Source: Waddlia chondrophila WSU 86-1044
Lineage (GTDB): Bacteria > Chlamydiota > Chlamydiia > Chlamydiales > CAMCWV01
DNA: 64,000 bases
Direction of reading: 5' to 3'
NCBI GenBank assembly: GCA_945882915.1
Contig: CAMCWV010000005.1
Location: forward strand, 18,647 to 82,646
In this document: positions 37,981-46,819 of the stretch, piece after piece
Position numbering within the stretch: the first letter of the stretch is position 1
Layout of the letters: every line of letters starts with the position of its first letter
Notes under the pieces: model-generated
Database searches by the model: none
Seen by the model: the letters and a program-made list of their open reading frames with translations, nothing else
Told to the model about the DNA's origin: nothing
Position numbers and translations under genes: made by a program

Positions 37981-38500
37981 TTATGAACACAAGTGAACAG
38001 TTCTTTTAAAATATACATCACTAGGGCAGTGATAGTCCAAAGACTGGAGCAATCTCTCGTTATTGTAGAAACGAAAATACCTACCAATGCCCTCTCGAGC
38101 CATTTTTAAAGACTCATAACTCTTTAAATAAATATCTTCATACTTCAAAGACCGCCACACGCGCTCTAGTATGCCTGTAAAGGCTAAACTCGTAAATTGC
38201 ACGCCCTGATCCGTATTGAAAATCTCTGGTTTCCCATTCTTCAAGGCCTCTTCAAGAGCCTCAATACAAAACCCGGCATCAAGTGTATTTGATCCAGTGC
38301 GCGGCAAACCCCGCCCTAAAGGACGGGGTTTGCCGCGCACTGGATCAACTGTAGATTATAGACCGTTTCCTCGGGAGGCTCCAGGTAATAGGAGGAGCGG
38401 TTTAACCCTAAAAGTCGACATTGATGAGCAAGAGAAAAATCTTGGTCAGCAATGTCGACGACAGCCCAACGCTCTTTTAGAGCTAAAGTCCAAGTTTTTT
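37981..38500 (-). pseudogene. IS3-family OrfB (DDE integrase) remnant; the N-terminal part of the catalytic core is missing
   Basis: HTH part (FSLAHQCRLLGLNRSSYYLEP) and C-terminal rve part (NTDQGVQFTS...YNNERLLQSLDY) are separated only by a 56-bp palindrome. Confidence 0.7.
38291..38346. repeat. 56-bp near-perfect palindrome (27-nt arms, one mismatch, 2-nt loop) at the OrfB deletion point
   Basis: gatccagtgcgcggcaaaccccgccct aa aggacggggtttgccgcgcactggatc. Confidence 0.9.
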
Positions 38501-38739
38501 TTAAGCCAATCAATCTCTATGGTTAATTGACCTACCTTGCGTTCCAAATCAGCTTTTACAGATTCTGCGTCTGTTCCTTTCTTGGATTGTCGTTCGAAAA
38601 GAGACTCTGCGCCATCTAACAATGCTTTTTTCCATTGAGCAACTTGCAAGGGATGAATCCCATATTGCCGCGCGATCTCATTTACAGTCCGTTCAACCTT
38701 CAGCGCTTCAATGGCAACTTTTTTCGTAACAGTCCACAT
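38446..38739 (-). CDS. IS3-family transposase OrfA (HTH plus leucine zipper)
   Basis: VNEIARQYGIHPLQVAQWKK..., coiled-coil tail. gaaggagg lies 3 nt before the ATG. Confidence 0.75.
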   Translation of the reverse strand: MWTVTKKVAIEALKVERTVNEIARQYGIHPLQVAQWKKALLDGAESLFERQSKKGTDAESVKADLERKVGQLTIEIDWLKKNLDFSSKRALGCRRHC

Positions 38740-38808
38740 ACCCCTCCTTCGTCGGTGCATGTGAACTGTTACAAACTTTTTTGTATTTTCTCTCACGTTC
38801 TCTATGCC

Positions 38809-38852
38809 TCTGTGTTTAAAAAAATGGTATTAATATTTTTGAAACACAGAGA
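38809..38852. repeat. F3 small palindrome
   Basis: ctctgtgttt aaaaaaatggtattaatattt ttgaaacacagag. Related to 8527-8580. Confidence 0.55.
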
Positions 38853-39201
38853 ACACTGAGAGGGAGGAAAGCGGGCAATGCCACTTCAATCGTAAGGCTG
38901 CCAAAACACCCCCCTATAAGCGTCAAATCTTTCTTGATAAAGTCGCCCTGGGTATGTGAACTGTTACCTTTTTTCTTAAATAGTGCTGTTCTTAGATTTC
39001 CGTTCATGTGCCAGACCCTCCTTTGGCCTTAAAATTTAGCACAGAACATAACTTTGAGACCTGTCTAGTTTTTGGGGTCCATTATACTCACTCGCCTTCC
39101 CCCATTCAAGTAACCAACTCAAAACGCCTTGCACCATATTCAGGACGAAGATAGATAGCACCACTTTTTAAGCGAACCACCACCACATGAAGTCTTTGTT
39201 A

Positions 39202-39268
39202 TTGACATCCACCTATTCAATAGGTTAAAATACCTACTATATAGGTTATATGACCTATTTAACAGGTG
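39202..39268 (+). promoter_or_regulatory. sigma70-like promoter overlapped by three ACCTA-N5-TAGGT-type operator palindromes
   Basis: TTGACA (39202-39207), an 18-nt spacer, then TAAAAT (39226-39231). Palindromes are acctattcaataggt (39211-39225), acctactatataggt (39232-39246) and acctatttaacaggt (39253-39267). Confidence 0.55.
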
Positions 39269-39272
39269 ACAT

Positions 39273-39608
39273 ATGCTTGAATATTTATTCGGAAATAAGA
39301 ATGTTGAAAAGGTGCTAATCTACCTGTGCTTACATGAAAAATGTTATGCCTCTGAATTGAGCAGATGTTTTGAATCACCTTTAGATCCCATCCAAAAAAC
39401 CCTTCAAAAACTAGAACAGGGAGGGCTGCTAGTCAGTTTTCTGGAGGGTAAAACTCGCCTATTCGAATGGAATCCTCGCTACCCCTTTCTACAAGAAATT
39501 CAAATGCTTGCTCAAAAGGCGTGCGAATTTCTACCTGAAGACATCAAAGAAAAAACGTATCAGAACATGAAGCGAAGAAGACCCCGAAGGACAAAAAAAC
39601 CGCTGTGA
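39273..39608 (+). CDS. small winged-helix DNA-binding protein (ArsR/MarR-like fold; antitoxin-like)
   Basis: KVLIYLCLHEKCYASELSRCFESPLDPIQKTLQKLEQGGLL has the wHTH pattern. Basic tail. The stop overlaps the next start (GTGA). Confidence 0.65.
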   Translation: MLEYLFGNKNVEKVLIYLCLHEKCYASELSRCFESPLDPIQKTLQKLEQGGLLVSFLEGKTRLFEWNPRYPFLQEIQMLAQKACEFLPEDIKEKTYQNMKRRRPRRTKKPL

Positions 39609-40161
39609 AATCTAATAAACAAACTAACTTTACAAAGATTGACATTAAGGATTTAGCCTTATTTGTGCACAAACACTAGAAGATAGCGGCATTAAAAGCG
39701 TTCTTGTAGGGGGCGCCCGCGTTTCCATCTGCACAGAAAATCGTTACCAATCCTATGATCTGGACTTTGTGACGCATTCAGACTTGAAAAAGATCCGAAA
39801 GGTCTTAGCAGAGATTGGATTTCATGAAAAAGACCGATACTTCACTCATCCCGAATGTCCCTATTTAATTGAATTCTGCACCCCACCTGTTGCCGTAGGA
39901 AATGAACCTGTAAAAGATTACCAAAGAATCGAATCTCCGATAGGAACTTTGGAGCTTCTCACACCAACAGATTGTGTAAGAGACAGGCTGTCACATTATT
40001 ACCATGGGGGAGATGCTCAAGGATTAAAACAAGCTCTAATGGTTGCTAGAAGCCATAAAGTTGATCTACAAGACATTAAAGAATGGTCTCGCAAAGAAAA
40101 GGCCTCTAGCAAATACCTTAAATTTCAAAATGAGCTCCACTCGTCCAAAAAAGACTCTTGA
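39605..40161 (+). pseudogene. nucleotidyltransferase-fold protein, apparently frameshifted near 39670
   Basis: A frame-2 N-terminus (VKSNKQ..KDLALF) stops at 39677. It continues in frame 1 as ..LEDSGIKSVLVGGARVSI...YDLDF (NTase G-G..D.D pattern). Confidence 0.5.
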
Positions 40162-40213
40162 AGATGGATCGCGTAATACTTGCGTAACTAGTGTGGATTG
40201 GGAGGGGAAAGGT

Positions 40214-40296
40214 TGGGGACGGCTGGATTCGAACCAACGAACTCGTAAGAGAAGAGATTTACAGTCTCTCGCAATTGGCCACTCTGCCACATCCCC
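40214..40296 (-). tRNA. tRNA-Tyr (GTA), long variable arm
   Basis: Cloverleaf read by hand: acceptor GGGGATG/CGTCCCC, anticodon loop ctGTAaa, T-loop GGTTCGAATCC. Confidence 0.9.
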
Positions 40297-40314
40297 AAAA
40301 CTAGAAAAAAAATT

Positions 40315-40387
40315 TGCTGGCGAAAGGATTCGAACCCTCGACCGGCCGATTACAAATCGGCTGCTCTACCAACTGAGCTACACCAGC
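40315..40387 (-). tRNA. tRNA-Thr (TGT)
   Basis: Acceptor GCTGGTG/CGCCAGC, D-loop AGCTCAGTTGGTAGAGC, anticodon loop ttTGTaa, T-loop GGTTCGAATCC. Confidence 0.9.
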
Positions 40388-40463
40388 ATATATACTCCTC
40401 TTAGTTGAAAACGGAAGCTTTGGCGCTAGCCCAAATTCCCGTTTTCAACTAAGAGGAGTATAT
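40388..40463. repeat. F1 element, short form, abutting the 5' end of tRNA-Thr
   Basis: atatatactcctcttagttgaaaacgg...ccaaattcccgttttcaactaagaggagtatat. Confidence 0.85.
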
Positions 40464-40527
40464 CTCTAAAAGATGATAAAGAGACTGCCTTTATAACAAA
40501 GAAGCCCTTTTATCCTCAACGAGTTTA

Positions 40528-40947
40528 TTATTTTTCTGAATAATCCTTCGTTGTTGGGTGGAATTTCGGCTCTTCACGCCGCTCTGCAGCCTTAAGACGG
40601 CCCGCTTCATCTTCCGCGTCACTACGCGCTTTTTCCTCTTCAGAAAGCTCTTTTCGCTTAGAAATATCGGGCTTTGACTGCTCTACCCCAGAAGCGGAGT
40701 AATTATGTTTCGTAGGAGAAAAATCAGCTCTTCGCAGCATTGCTTTTTCACTCGCCTGAATATCTATTGCGCGCTGAAATAGGTCCACTGTCGTCACTTC
40801 AATAGGCGGCTCTGCTACTTGCTTCTTTCCACCACTACTAATTACAGAAACCTTGCGTTTAAGAGAATTGCCCATGCAGCATTTCTTATATTTTAAGCCC
40901 GATCCACACGAACAAGGGTCGTTGCGTCCTATTTCTGCTTTTTTCAC
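40528..40947 (-). CDS. SEC-C motif-containing protein
   Basis: N-terminal [17 protein letters not shown]. The rest is charged and low-complexity. GTG start with AGGAG 8 nt upstream. Confidence 0.7.
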   Translation of the reverse strand: MKKAEIGRNDPCSCGSGLKYKKCCMGNSLKRKVSVISSGGKKQVAEPPIEVTTVDLFQRAIDIQASEKAMLRRADFSPTKHNYSASGVEQSKPDISKRKELSEEEKARSDAEDEAGRLKAAERREEPKFHPTTKDYSEK

Positions 40948-40960
40948 GGCTGGAACTCCT

Positions 40961-41035
40961 ATATATACTCCTCGTAGCTGAAAATGGGAATTTGGACGGC
41001 GCCAAAGCCCCGTTTTCAGCTAAGAGGAGTATATA
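40961..41035. repeat. F1 element, short form
   Basis: atatatactcctcgtagctgaaaatgggaatttggacggcgccaaagccccgttttcagctaagaggagtatata. Confidence 0.85.
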
Positions 41036-41099
41036 AAAGAGATCTAAGAAATTGTCTACCATTGACTTCTCTCTTCGGCCTCTTTAAAATAGATGGCCC

Positions 41100-41873
41100 A
41101 TGCTACCTATTATATCGTCCACCAACACCCGCGACCCTCTACCTATCGCTAGACCTCCATGGTCTGGCGTGGGAAAAAAGCTTGAAAGCGCTTGCCGCAA
41201 AGCTCTTTTTGAATTTGACCTTATTCCCCCATCAGGCCGCATCGCCATTGCTTTAAGCGGTGGCAAAGACAGCCTAACCCTCTTGTTTTTGCTTAAAGCC
41301 ATCTCTGGAAGAGGCTTTCCTGAGCTAGACATTCATTGCATCCACGTTGGGGGTGAATTTTCTTGTGGCTCTGGCGTAAGTACCCATTTTTTACGGGCAA
41401 TTTGCAAAGAGCTAGGCGTCAATTTTATTTTACGTGAGTCAACTCAAAAGCTAGAAACACTCGAATGCTACCGCTGCTCACGCGAAAGGCGCGCCCTCAT
41501 CTTTGATGCAGCAAAAGAAATTGGTGCCGAGGCAATCGCCTTCGGCCATCACCGCGATGACAGCGCCCAAACTCTCCTTATGAATCTTCTTCACAAGGCA
41601 GAATTCGCCACCATCCTCCCAAAGCTCGACATGCTCGAATACGGAGTCACCATCATCAGACCCCTCATCTTCATGTCAGAAGCCGAAATCAAAACCTTCT
41701 CCCAGCAACATGGCTTTGCTAGAATCACCTGCCAATGCCCCGTAGGGCAAGATTCCATGCGGAAAAAAGTCGACAAGATTCTTAGCGAACTGGAAGCTCT
41801 ATTTCCAAATGTGCGGGCAAACATCGCCCAGGCCGGAATGATTTACGGCTCCGACAAGGCGCGTAGGCCATAA
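41100..41873 (+). CDS. ttcA: PP-loop ATPase, tRNA 2-thiocytidine synthase TtcA-like
   Basis: SGGKDS PP-loop and the CYRCSRERR cysteine motif. Confidence 0.75.
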   Translation: MLPIISSTNTRDPLPIARPPWSGVGKKLESACRKALFEFDLIPPSGRIAIALSGGKDSLTLLFLLKAISGRGFPELDIHCIHVGGEFSCGSGVSTHFLRAICKELGVNFILRESTQKLETLECYRCSRERRALIFDAAKEIGAEAIAFGHHRDDSAQTLLMNLLHKAEFATILPKLDMLEYGVTIIRPLIFMSEAEIKTFSQQHGFARITCQCPVGQDSMRKKVDKILSELEALFPNVRANIAQAGMIYGSDKARRP

Positions 41874-41935
41874 AGTAGGGGGCCACTTAATCAGCAACTT
41901 CTCTCTGCTGTATTTTTGTCGACTCTCTTCCACGC

Positions 41936-43273
41936 TTATATCGATTTGATTAGGCGGTTAGAGGGGGAAAGGTTAATAAGTGCATCAAAGTTCTGTAAAC
42001 ACTGCTGCAAAGTGGTCAGCTCTTTTGTAAGAGCAATCGGAAGTGAGTTTACTCCTGCATGCTCCAGGGTATCTAAAACATCCTTAATCGTTAACTTCGA
42101 AAAGTCACGCCCTAGCTGATACGCAACCTCACCCTCCTGCTCCCCCAACGTCTCTACAAGGATGTGGCAGGTGACAAGCCGATCTAAAATCTCATGCAAT
42201 AAACGAACAGGAATTTCAAGATCCCGCGCAACAACTACTGCCGTCCAGGCCTTGTCATAACGACCGAAATTCTTCACAAGATAGTTAACAACGTAAAGAG
42301 CCAAAAGCTTCTTGTAACTGTAGCTTAAACTCAGGCAGTCAGCTTCAAATTCATACGTCTCTGCATTCTGATGGGCAAAAGCGATCTCTGCACCCCACAA
42401 AATAACAAGCCAGCTTGTATGGAGCCATATCAAGAACAAGGGAACTGCAATATAGCTCCCATATACCGCGCCATAATTTAAGATCTTCACCTGAAGAATC
42501 ACATAAGCCCACTGAACAATCTGGTAGACTGTCCCCGCTGCAAACCCTCCGATAGCCGCAGAAACGCGGTTCACTCTAGTATTAGGCAAAAAGAGATATA
42601 GGAAAGTAAACAGCATCCACCCAGCAACATAAGGAATAAGCTGCGTCAACCCATAGAGAAGAACTCCTAATTCTGAAAAACGAAACTTCTCATTAATACT
42701 CGCAATCTCTCCTGTCATTCCTAATGTAATTCCCGTTGACACCAGAATAAAAAGGGGACAAATAGTCATCATCGCCAAGTAATCAATGCACTTTTTATCG
42801 AACGTTCGGTGTTTTTTTATGCCCCAGATACTATTAAAAGCTCTCTCAACAGAACCAAAGACTCTTAAAGAGGAGAAAAATAGAAGCACAGCTCCAGCTC
42901 CTGCGACAAACTTCTGCTGCGCGGCCTCAAGAAGATGGGAGGCAACAAGTATCACCTTTTCCGCAACGACCCTCTCTTCCGAAAACTTCTGTAAAATAAG
43001 GCCCTCGAGGATCGGTTGCACACCAAAGCCTTTTGCCACACCAAAAATCAATGCTAAAACAGGAACAAGAGCCAGTAGAGAATAGTAAGTTAAAGAGGAG
43101 GCCCGTAAAAGGCATTCATCCCCCCGAAACTCCCGCAAGGAAATCATAAATACGCGTAAGTATTTAGTAAGAAGAAACCGGCCGCGTGGCAGTTCTTTAG
43201 CGCGAATGCGCCAAATACCAGTTCGCAAAAATTCTATTAGGTGAGATATCCGATGGCGTTTCATTTTGCCCAC
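41936..43273 (-). CDS. YihY/BrkB-family inner-membrane protein
   Basis: LRASSLTYYSLLALVPVLAL signature, 6 hydrophobic segments, C-terminal soluble extension. Confidence 0.75.
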   Translation of the reverse strand: MGKMKRHRISHLIEFLRTGIWRIRAKELPRGRFLLTKYLRVFMISLREFRGDECLLRASSLTYYSLLALVPVLALIFGVAKGFGVQPILEGLILQKFSEERVVAEKVILVASHLLEAAQQKFVAGAGAVLLFFSSLRVFGSVERAFNSIWGIKKHRTFDKKCIDYLAMMTICPLFILVSTGITLGMTGEIASINEKFRFSELGVLLYGLTQLIPYVAGWMLFTFLYLFLPNTRVNRVSAAIGGFAAGTVYQIVQWAYVILQVKILNYGAVYGSYIAVPLFLIWLHTSWLVILWGAEIAFAHQNAETYEFEADCLSLSYSYKKLLALYVVNYLVKNFGRYDKAWTAVVVARDLEIPVRLLHEILDRLVTCHILVETLGEQEGEVAYQLGRDFSKLTIKDVLDTLEHAGVNSLPIALTKELTTLQQCLQNFDALINLSPSNRLIKSI

Positions 43274-43443
43274 TTGTATTAGTTTTATCTTTGATTCTTT
43301 CCGTCTTTCCTGTCAACTTTCTCTGTAGAACCCCTTTTATTTCCACTGCACTAAACAAAGCCTTGAATGGTAAGAACAGATTCTAGTAAAATGGTTTAAA
43401 TTTCAGTTTATCCAGTGCGCTCTTGACTAGAGGTATTCAGTAC

Positions 43444-44265
43444 ATGTCCAGCAAACCTCATATCCTTCTTTGCAACGATGACGGCATCCACGCTCCTGGG
43501 CTTTACCACCTATGGCGCGCTCTTCGCACTATTGCCGACATCACCATTGTTGCCCCTTCAACGGAGCAATCTGGAAAAAGCGTAAGCAATACATTTTTTC
43601 ACCCACTGCAAATTGAAAAGGTTCGTTGGGAAGAGAATACTCCTGCGCATGCAGTCAACGGCACGCCTGCAGACTGCATTAAGATGGCGCTTAGCGTTAT
43701 TTTAAAGAGCCCCCCAGACCTCATCGTATCAGGCATTAATGCCGGGTCCAACGCTGGACGCAATGTTCTGTACAGTGGTACTGTTGGCGCTGTTATTGAA
43801 GGAACTATGCGCGGCGTTAAAGGGGTTGCGGTTTCTTGCCTTAACTTTGACACCCCTCGCTTTGAAGTAGCCGAAAAGTATATTGCCCTTGTCATTCAGT
43901 ATGTCTTAACGACCCCGTTCCCTAAAGGAACATTTTTGAACATAAACTTCCCTGATGCCGAAGAGATCGAAGGATTCAAGTTTGCAAGACAAGGAAACAG
44001 CTACTGCGTAGAAGACCCCGACACTCGCACTCACCCTACAGGACGTAAATACTACTGGCTTGGCGGCAAGCACGTCATGCTTGAAGAGCATCACGATAGC
44101 GATATTGAGCTGCTTAGCCAAGGCTATATGACAGCTGTTCCTATTCACATCGCAGACCTCACCGACAAGCATTTACTAGCTTCCCACAGAGACCCCTTCG
44201 AAAAATTATTTCAAAAGAGCCCTAAGAAAGCAGAATGTTTCTCGGGAACCAGCTGCTGCCTTTAA
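43444..44265 (+). CDS. surE: 5'/3'-nucleotidase SurE
   Basis: ILLCNDDGIHAPGL and SGINAGSNAG.NVLYSGTVGA. Confidence 0.9.
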   Translation: MSSKPHILLCNDDGIHAPGLYHLWRALRTIADITIVAPSTEQSGKSVSNTFFHPLQIEKVRWEENTPAHAVNGTPADCIKMALSVILKSPPDLIVSGINAGSNAGRNVLYSGTVGAVIEGTMRGVKGVAVSCLNFDTPRFEVAEKYIALVIQYVLTTPFPKGTFLNINFPDAEEIEGFKFARQGNSYCVEDPDTRTHPTGRKYYWLGGKHVMLEEHHDSDIELLSQGYMTAVPIHIADLTDKHLLASHRDPFEKLFQKSPKKAECFSGTSCCL

Positions 44266-44289
44266 AAACTCTACTGTCGGCATGAGGAG

Positions 44290-44456
44290 TATATACTCCT
44301 CGTAGCTGAAAATGGGAAATTGGACGGCGCCAAAGCCCCGGGGCTGAACGATCGCAAGTGCCCTTTGTATTTCTAATACTAAGGCACTTACGATCGTTCA
44401 GCCGCGGGAGCTTTCGCGCTAGTCCAAGTTCCCATTTTCAGCTACGAGGAATATAT
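44290..44456 (+). repeat. F1 element, long form; its right end supplies the SD and part of the ATG of the next gene
   Basis: Full palindrome ending gctacGAGGAatatAT|G. Confidence 0.9.
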
Positions 44457-44940
44457 GCAAGACTTGAGGTTCACCAAAGTCTTATCCAGATTTTCATGCT
44501 GGATAATAGCTTTAATTCTCACAGCTTTTGGGCTTTTAACAACCAGCTGCCAAAGCAAAGAAGCAAGGTTGCAAGCCAAAAGTCAGCTCAAAGGGGAAGA
44601 AATCATCCGCCAGCTTATTACTGAATTGCAAGACATTCACTCACGAGAAGAGCTCGTAACGGCATCTTCCAAGCTAAAAGCCCTTTTTAACGACCTTGTA
44701 GATGTCATAATCCAAGCAAGAGAACAGGCAGCAGAGCGGGCAGGAAATAAGACTTTGGCAATAAATCCAGAGCAATCTCAAAAGCAAATGACAATTCTCA
44801 GTCAGCAGCTCCAAGTCGAACTTGCGCGGATTTATATATTAGAAGGAGGGCGAGCCCTCACAGAAACAGCTCAGGCCAAGGCGCTTAACCGCCTGGACCT
44901 CTTGGAGAAAAGATCGAAAGGACAGACTTATAGTCGATAA
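44455..44940 (+). CDS. putative lipoprotein, helical
   Basis: Signal peptide ending LLTTSC. Rest uncharacterised. Confidence 0.6.
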   Translation: MQDLRFTKVLSRFSCWIIALILTAFGLLTTSCQSKEARLQAKSQLKGEEIIRQLITELQDIHSREELVTASSKLKALFNDLVDVIIQAREQAAERAGNKTLAINPEQSQKQMTILSQQLQVELARIYILEGGRALTETAQAKALNRLDLLEKRSKGQTYSR

Positions 44941-44950
44941 AGCCTTAAAT

Positions 44951-45056
44951 CCCAGATTGGGCAATTCGCGTTGAGACTATTCTGTCAACAGGTTGGAGCA
45001 GGTCCAAGATCTAGGCGCTAGATTTTTTCATCACTTGACTGTTCTTTTTTTTTAAG
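44951..45056 (+). repeat. F5 element, copy b
   Basis: cccagattgggcaattcgcgttgagactattctgtcaacaggttggagcaggtccaagatctaggcgctagattttttcatcacttgac. Confidence 0.85.
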
Positions 45057-45066
45057 CTATCAAGCC

Positions 45067-45166
45067 TATACTCCTCGTAGCTGAAAACGGGAATTTGGGC
45101 TAGCGCGAAAGCTCCCAGGGCTTTGGCGCCGTCCAAATTCCCGTTTTCAGCTACGAGGAGTATATA
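45067..45166 (-). repeat. F1 element, medium form (about 100 bp)
   Basis: Both termini plus gggctagcgcgaaagctcccagggctttggcgccgtcc. Lacks the central loop segment. Confidence 0.85.
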
Positions 45167-45352
45167 AGACAGACCCCAAGACGGACCAAAAAAGCAGCGT
45201 TGTCGAAAGAATTTGACCGGGTATTCTCGATGGGGAACCTGACTTATTGAGAAGTTGCGATTATTTGTTGAGGAAAATTCAGCGGGACATGTAGAGTAAT
45301 CACTTAATTTTCCAAGCCTTGAATGTTGGATTAGAAGTTAGATTTGAAGCTG

Positions 45353-45407
45353 GATTCAGAGAAAATCAGATTCGAAGAAAATCAGATTCGAAGAAAATCA
45401 AATTCAA
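45353..45407 (+). repeat. 16-bp tandem repeat (3 units plus a partial) running into tRNA-Val
   Basis: gattcagagaaaatca gattcgaagaaaatca gattcgaagaaaatca aattcaa. Confidence 0.85.
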
Positions 45408-45480
45408 GGGCGTATAGCTCAGTTGGTAGAGCTCCTGTCTTACACACAGGTGGTCATAGGTTCGAGCCCTGTTGCGCCCA
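45408..45480 (+). tRNA. tRNA-Val (TAC)
   Basis: GGGCGTATAGCTCAGTTGGTAGAGC, anticodon loop ctTACac, GGTTCGAGCCC, acceptor closes with TGCGCCC-A. Confidence 0.9.
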
Positions 45481-45558
45481 TTGCTTGTAAAGCATGCTGT
45501 TTTAAACAGTTTACTTTGCAAGTACTATTCGAAAGCTTGCAAAGCAGGCGACTTTTTT

Positions 45559-45632
45559 GCGGGAGTAGTTCAATTGGTTAGAGCACCGGCTTGTCACGCC
45601 GGAAGTTGCGGGTTCAAGTCCCGTCTCTCGCG
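45559..45632 (+). tRNA. tRNA-Asp (GTC)
   Basis: GCGGGAGTAGTTCAATTGGTTAGAGC, anticodon loop ttGTCac, GGTTCAAGTCC, acceptor CTCTCGC-G. Confidence 0.9.
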
Positions 45633-45807
45633 AACTTTTTTTTTCAATCTTGTTTCTCCATTCCTCTTAATTACGACTTATTGACAAAAGATCGTTCAAA
45701 AAGCCTCTTTTTTTCCTATACAACCATTCTTTTAATCCGTATTGTCCAGCCTAGTCAACAAGCCTCTTTTGATGAGGCACAATACTATTCATACCAAGTA
45801 AAATATT

Positions 45808-46737
45808 ATGGTTAAAGCTACTACCTCTCAGCGCATTACACACTACTTAGTCATTTTTTTTTGGACGGCTTTAGGTGCTTTTTTAGCGGCATTTTCTATC
45901 GAAACACTGCTTATACCCCACAGCCTGATCGATGGCGGCGTCGTCGGTCTGTCTATGATCGGCGCCCACCTCTTGGGCAAGCAATACCTTCCTTATTTTT
46001 TACTCCTACTTACCTTGCCATTCTTATTTCTTGCCTATAGGTCCATAGGAAAAACATTTGTTATTCAGATGTTTGTAGCGGTCATCTTATTTGCCATTTC
46101 CCTCCATCTTGTCGCAAAATTAGACATCACCTTCGATAAGCTTGGGATTTTAGAGGTGATGGTAGCCGGCGGTGCGCTTCTTGGATTAGGGGGTGGCCTT
46201 ATCATTCGCCATGGGGGTTGTATTGATGGAACAGAGATTCTAGCCATCATCATTAGCCGTACCCGTGGATTCACGGTTGGGCAGGTTATTTTAGTTATCA
46301 ACGTCTTGGTATTTACAATCGCAGGGATTGTCTATCAAGACCCAGAGCCAGCTCTTCGCTCCATGATAATGTTCATTGTCGCAAGTAAGATGATGGATAT
46401 TGTGATCGTTGGTTTTGACGAGACAAAATCTGTCACCATCATTAGTGGACACCCTAAACAAGTTGCCGAAGCGCTTGTTCATGAACTTGGCATTGGGCTC
46501 ACAGTTTTTTATGGCCGCGGCGGCTTTACCGGCAAAGACAAAGAGATCCTTTACGCTATTGTTGAACGTCTACAACTTGCCGAGCTGAAAGAAATTATTC
46601 ACCGAGAAGATCCCCACGCCTTCATTGCCGTCCAAAACCTGCATGAAGTCATTAACGGCCATGTCCGGATGAATCTTGGCGGTACACCTCAAGCAAAGAA
46701 GATCAAAGAGATCTTCCAAAAGACAAGAGCAGATTAA
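45808..46737 (+). CDS. YitT-family membrane protein with a C-terminal DUF2179 domain
   Basis: IDGGVVGLSMIGA, five hydrophobic segments, and the C-terminal ..TVFYGRGGFTGKDKEILY..V.R.Q..ELK pattern. Confidence 0.75.
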   Translation: MVKATTSQRITHYLVIFFWTALGAFLAAFSIETLLIPHSLIDGGVVGLSMIGAHLLGKQYLPYFLLLLTLPFLFLAYRSIGKTFVIQMFVAVILFAISLHLVAKLDITFDKLGILEVMVAGGALLGLGGGLIIRHGGCIDGTEILAIIISRTRGFTVGQVILVINVLVFTIAGIVYQDPEPALRSMIMFIVASKMMDIVIVGFDETKSVTIISGHPKQVAEALVHELGIGLTVFYGRGGFTGKDKEILYAIVERLQLAELKEIIHREDPHAFIAVQNLHEVINGHVRMNLGGTPQAKKIKEIFQKTRAD

Positions 46738-46819
46738 GCCTTCTCAAGGGTCTGGGCATTAGTACAGCGCTAATTTTGCATTATAAAAGCAGTCAAAAGA
46801 ACTTATTAAAGTGAGTTTT

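Larger units (their letters stand above)
37801..39081 (-). mobile_element. decayed IS3-family insertion sequence
   Basis: 11-bp terminal inverted repeats TGGACCCCAAA at 37801-37811 and 39071-39081 (reverse complement). OrfA is intact. An A8 slippery run lies at 38494-38501. OrfB is internally deleted. No clear target duplication. Confidence 0.65.
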
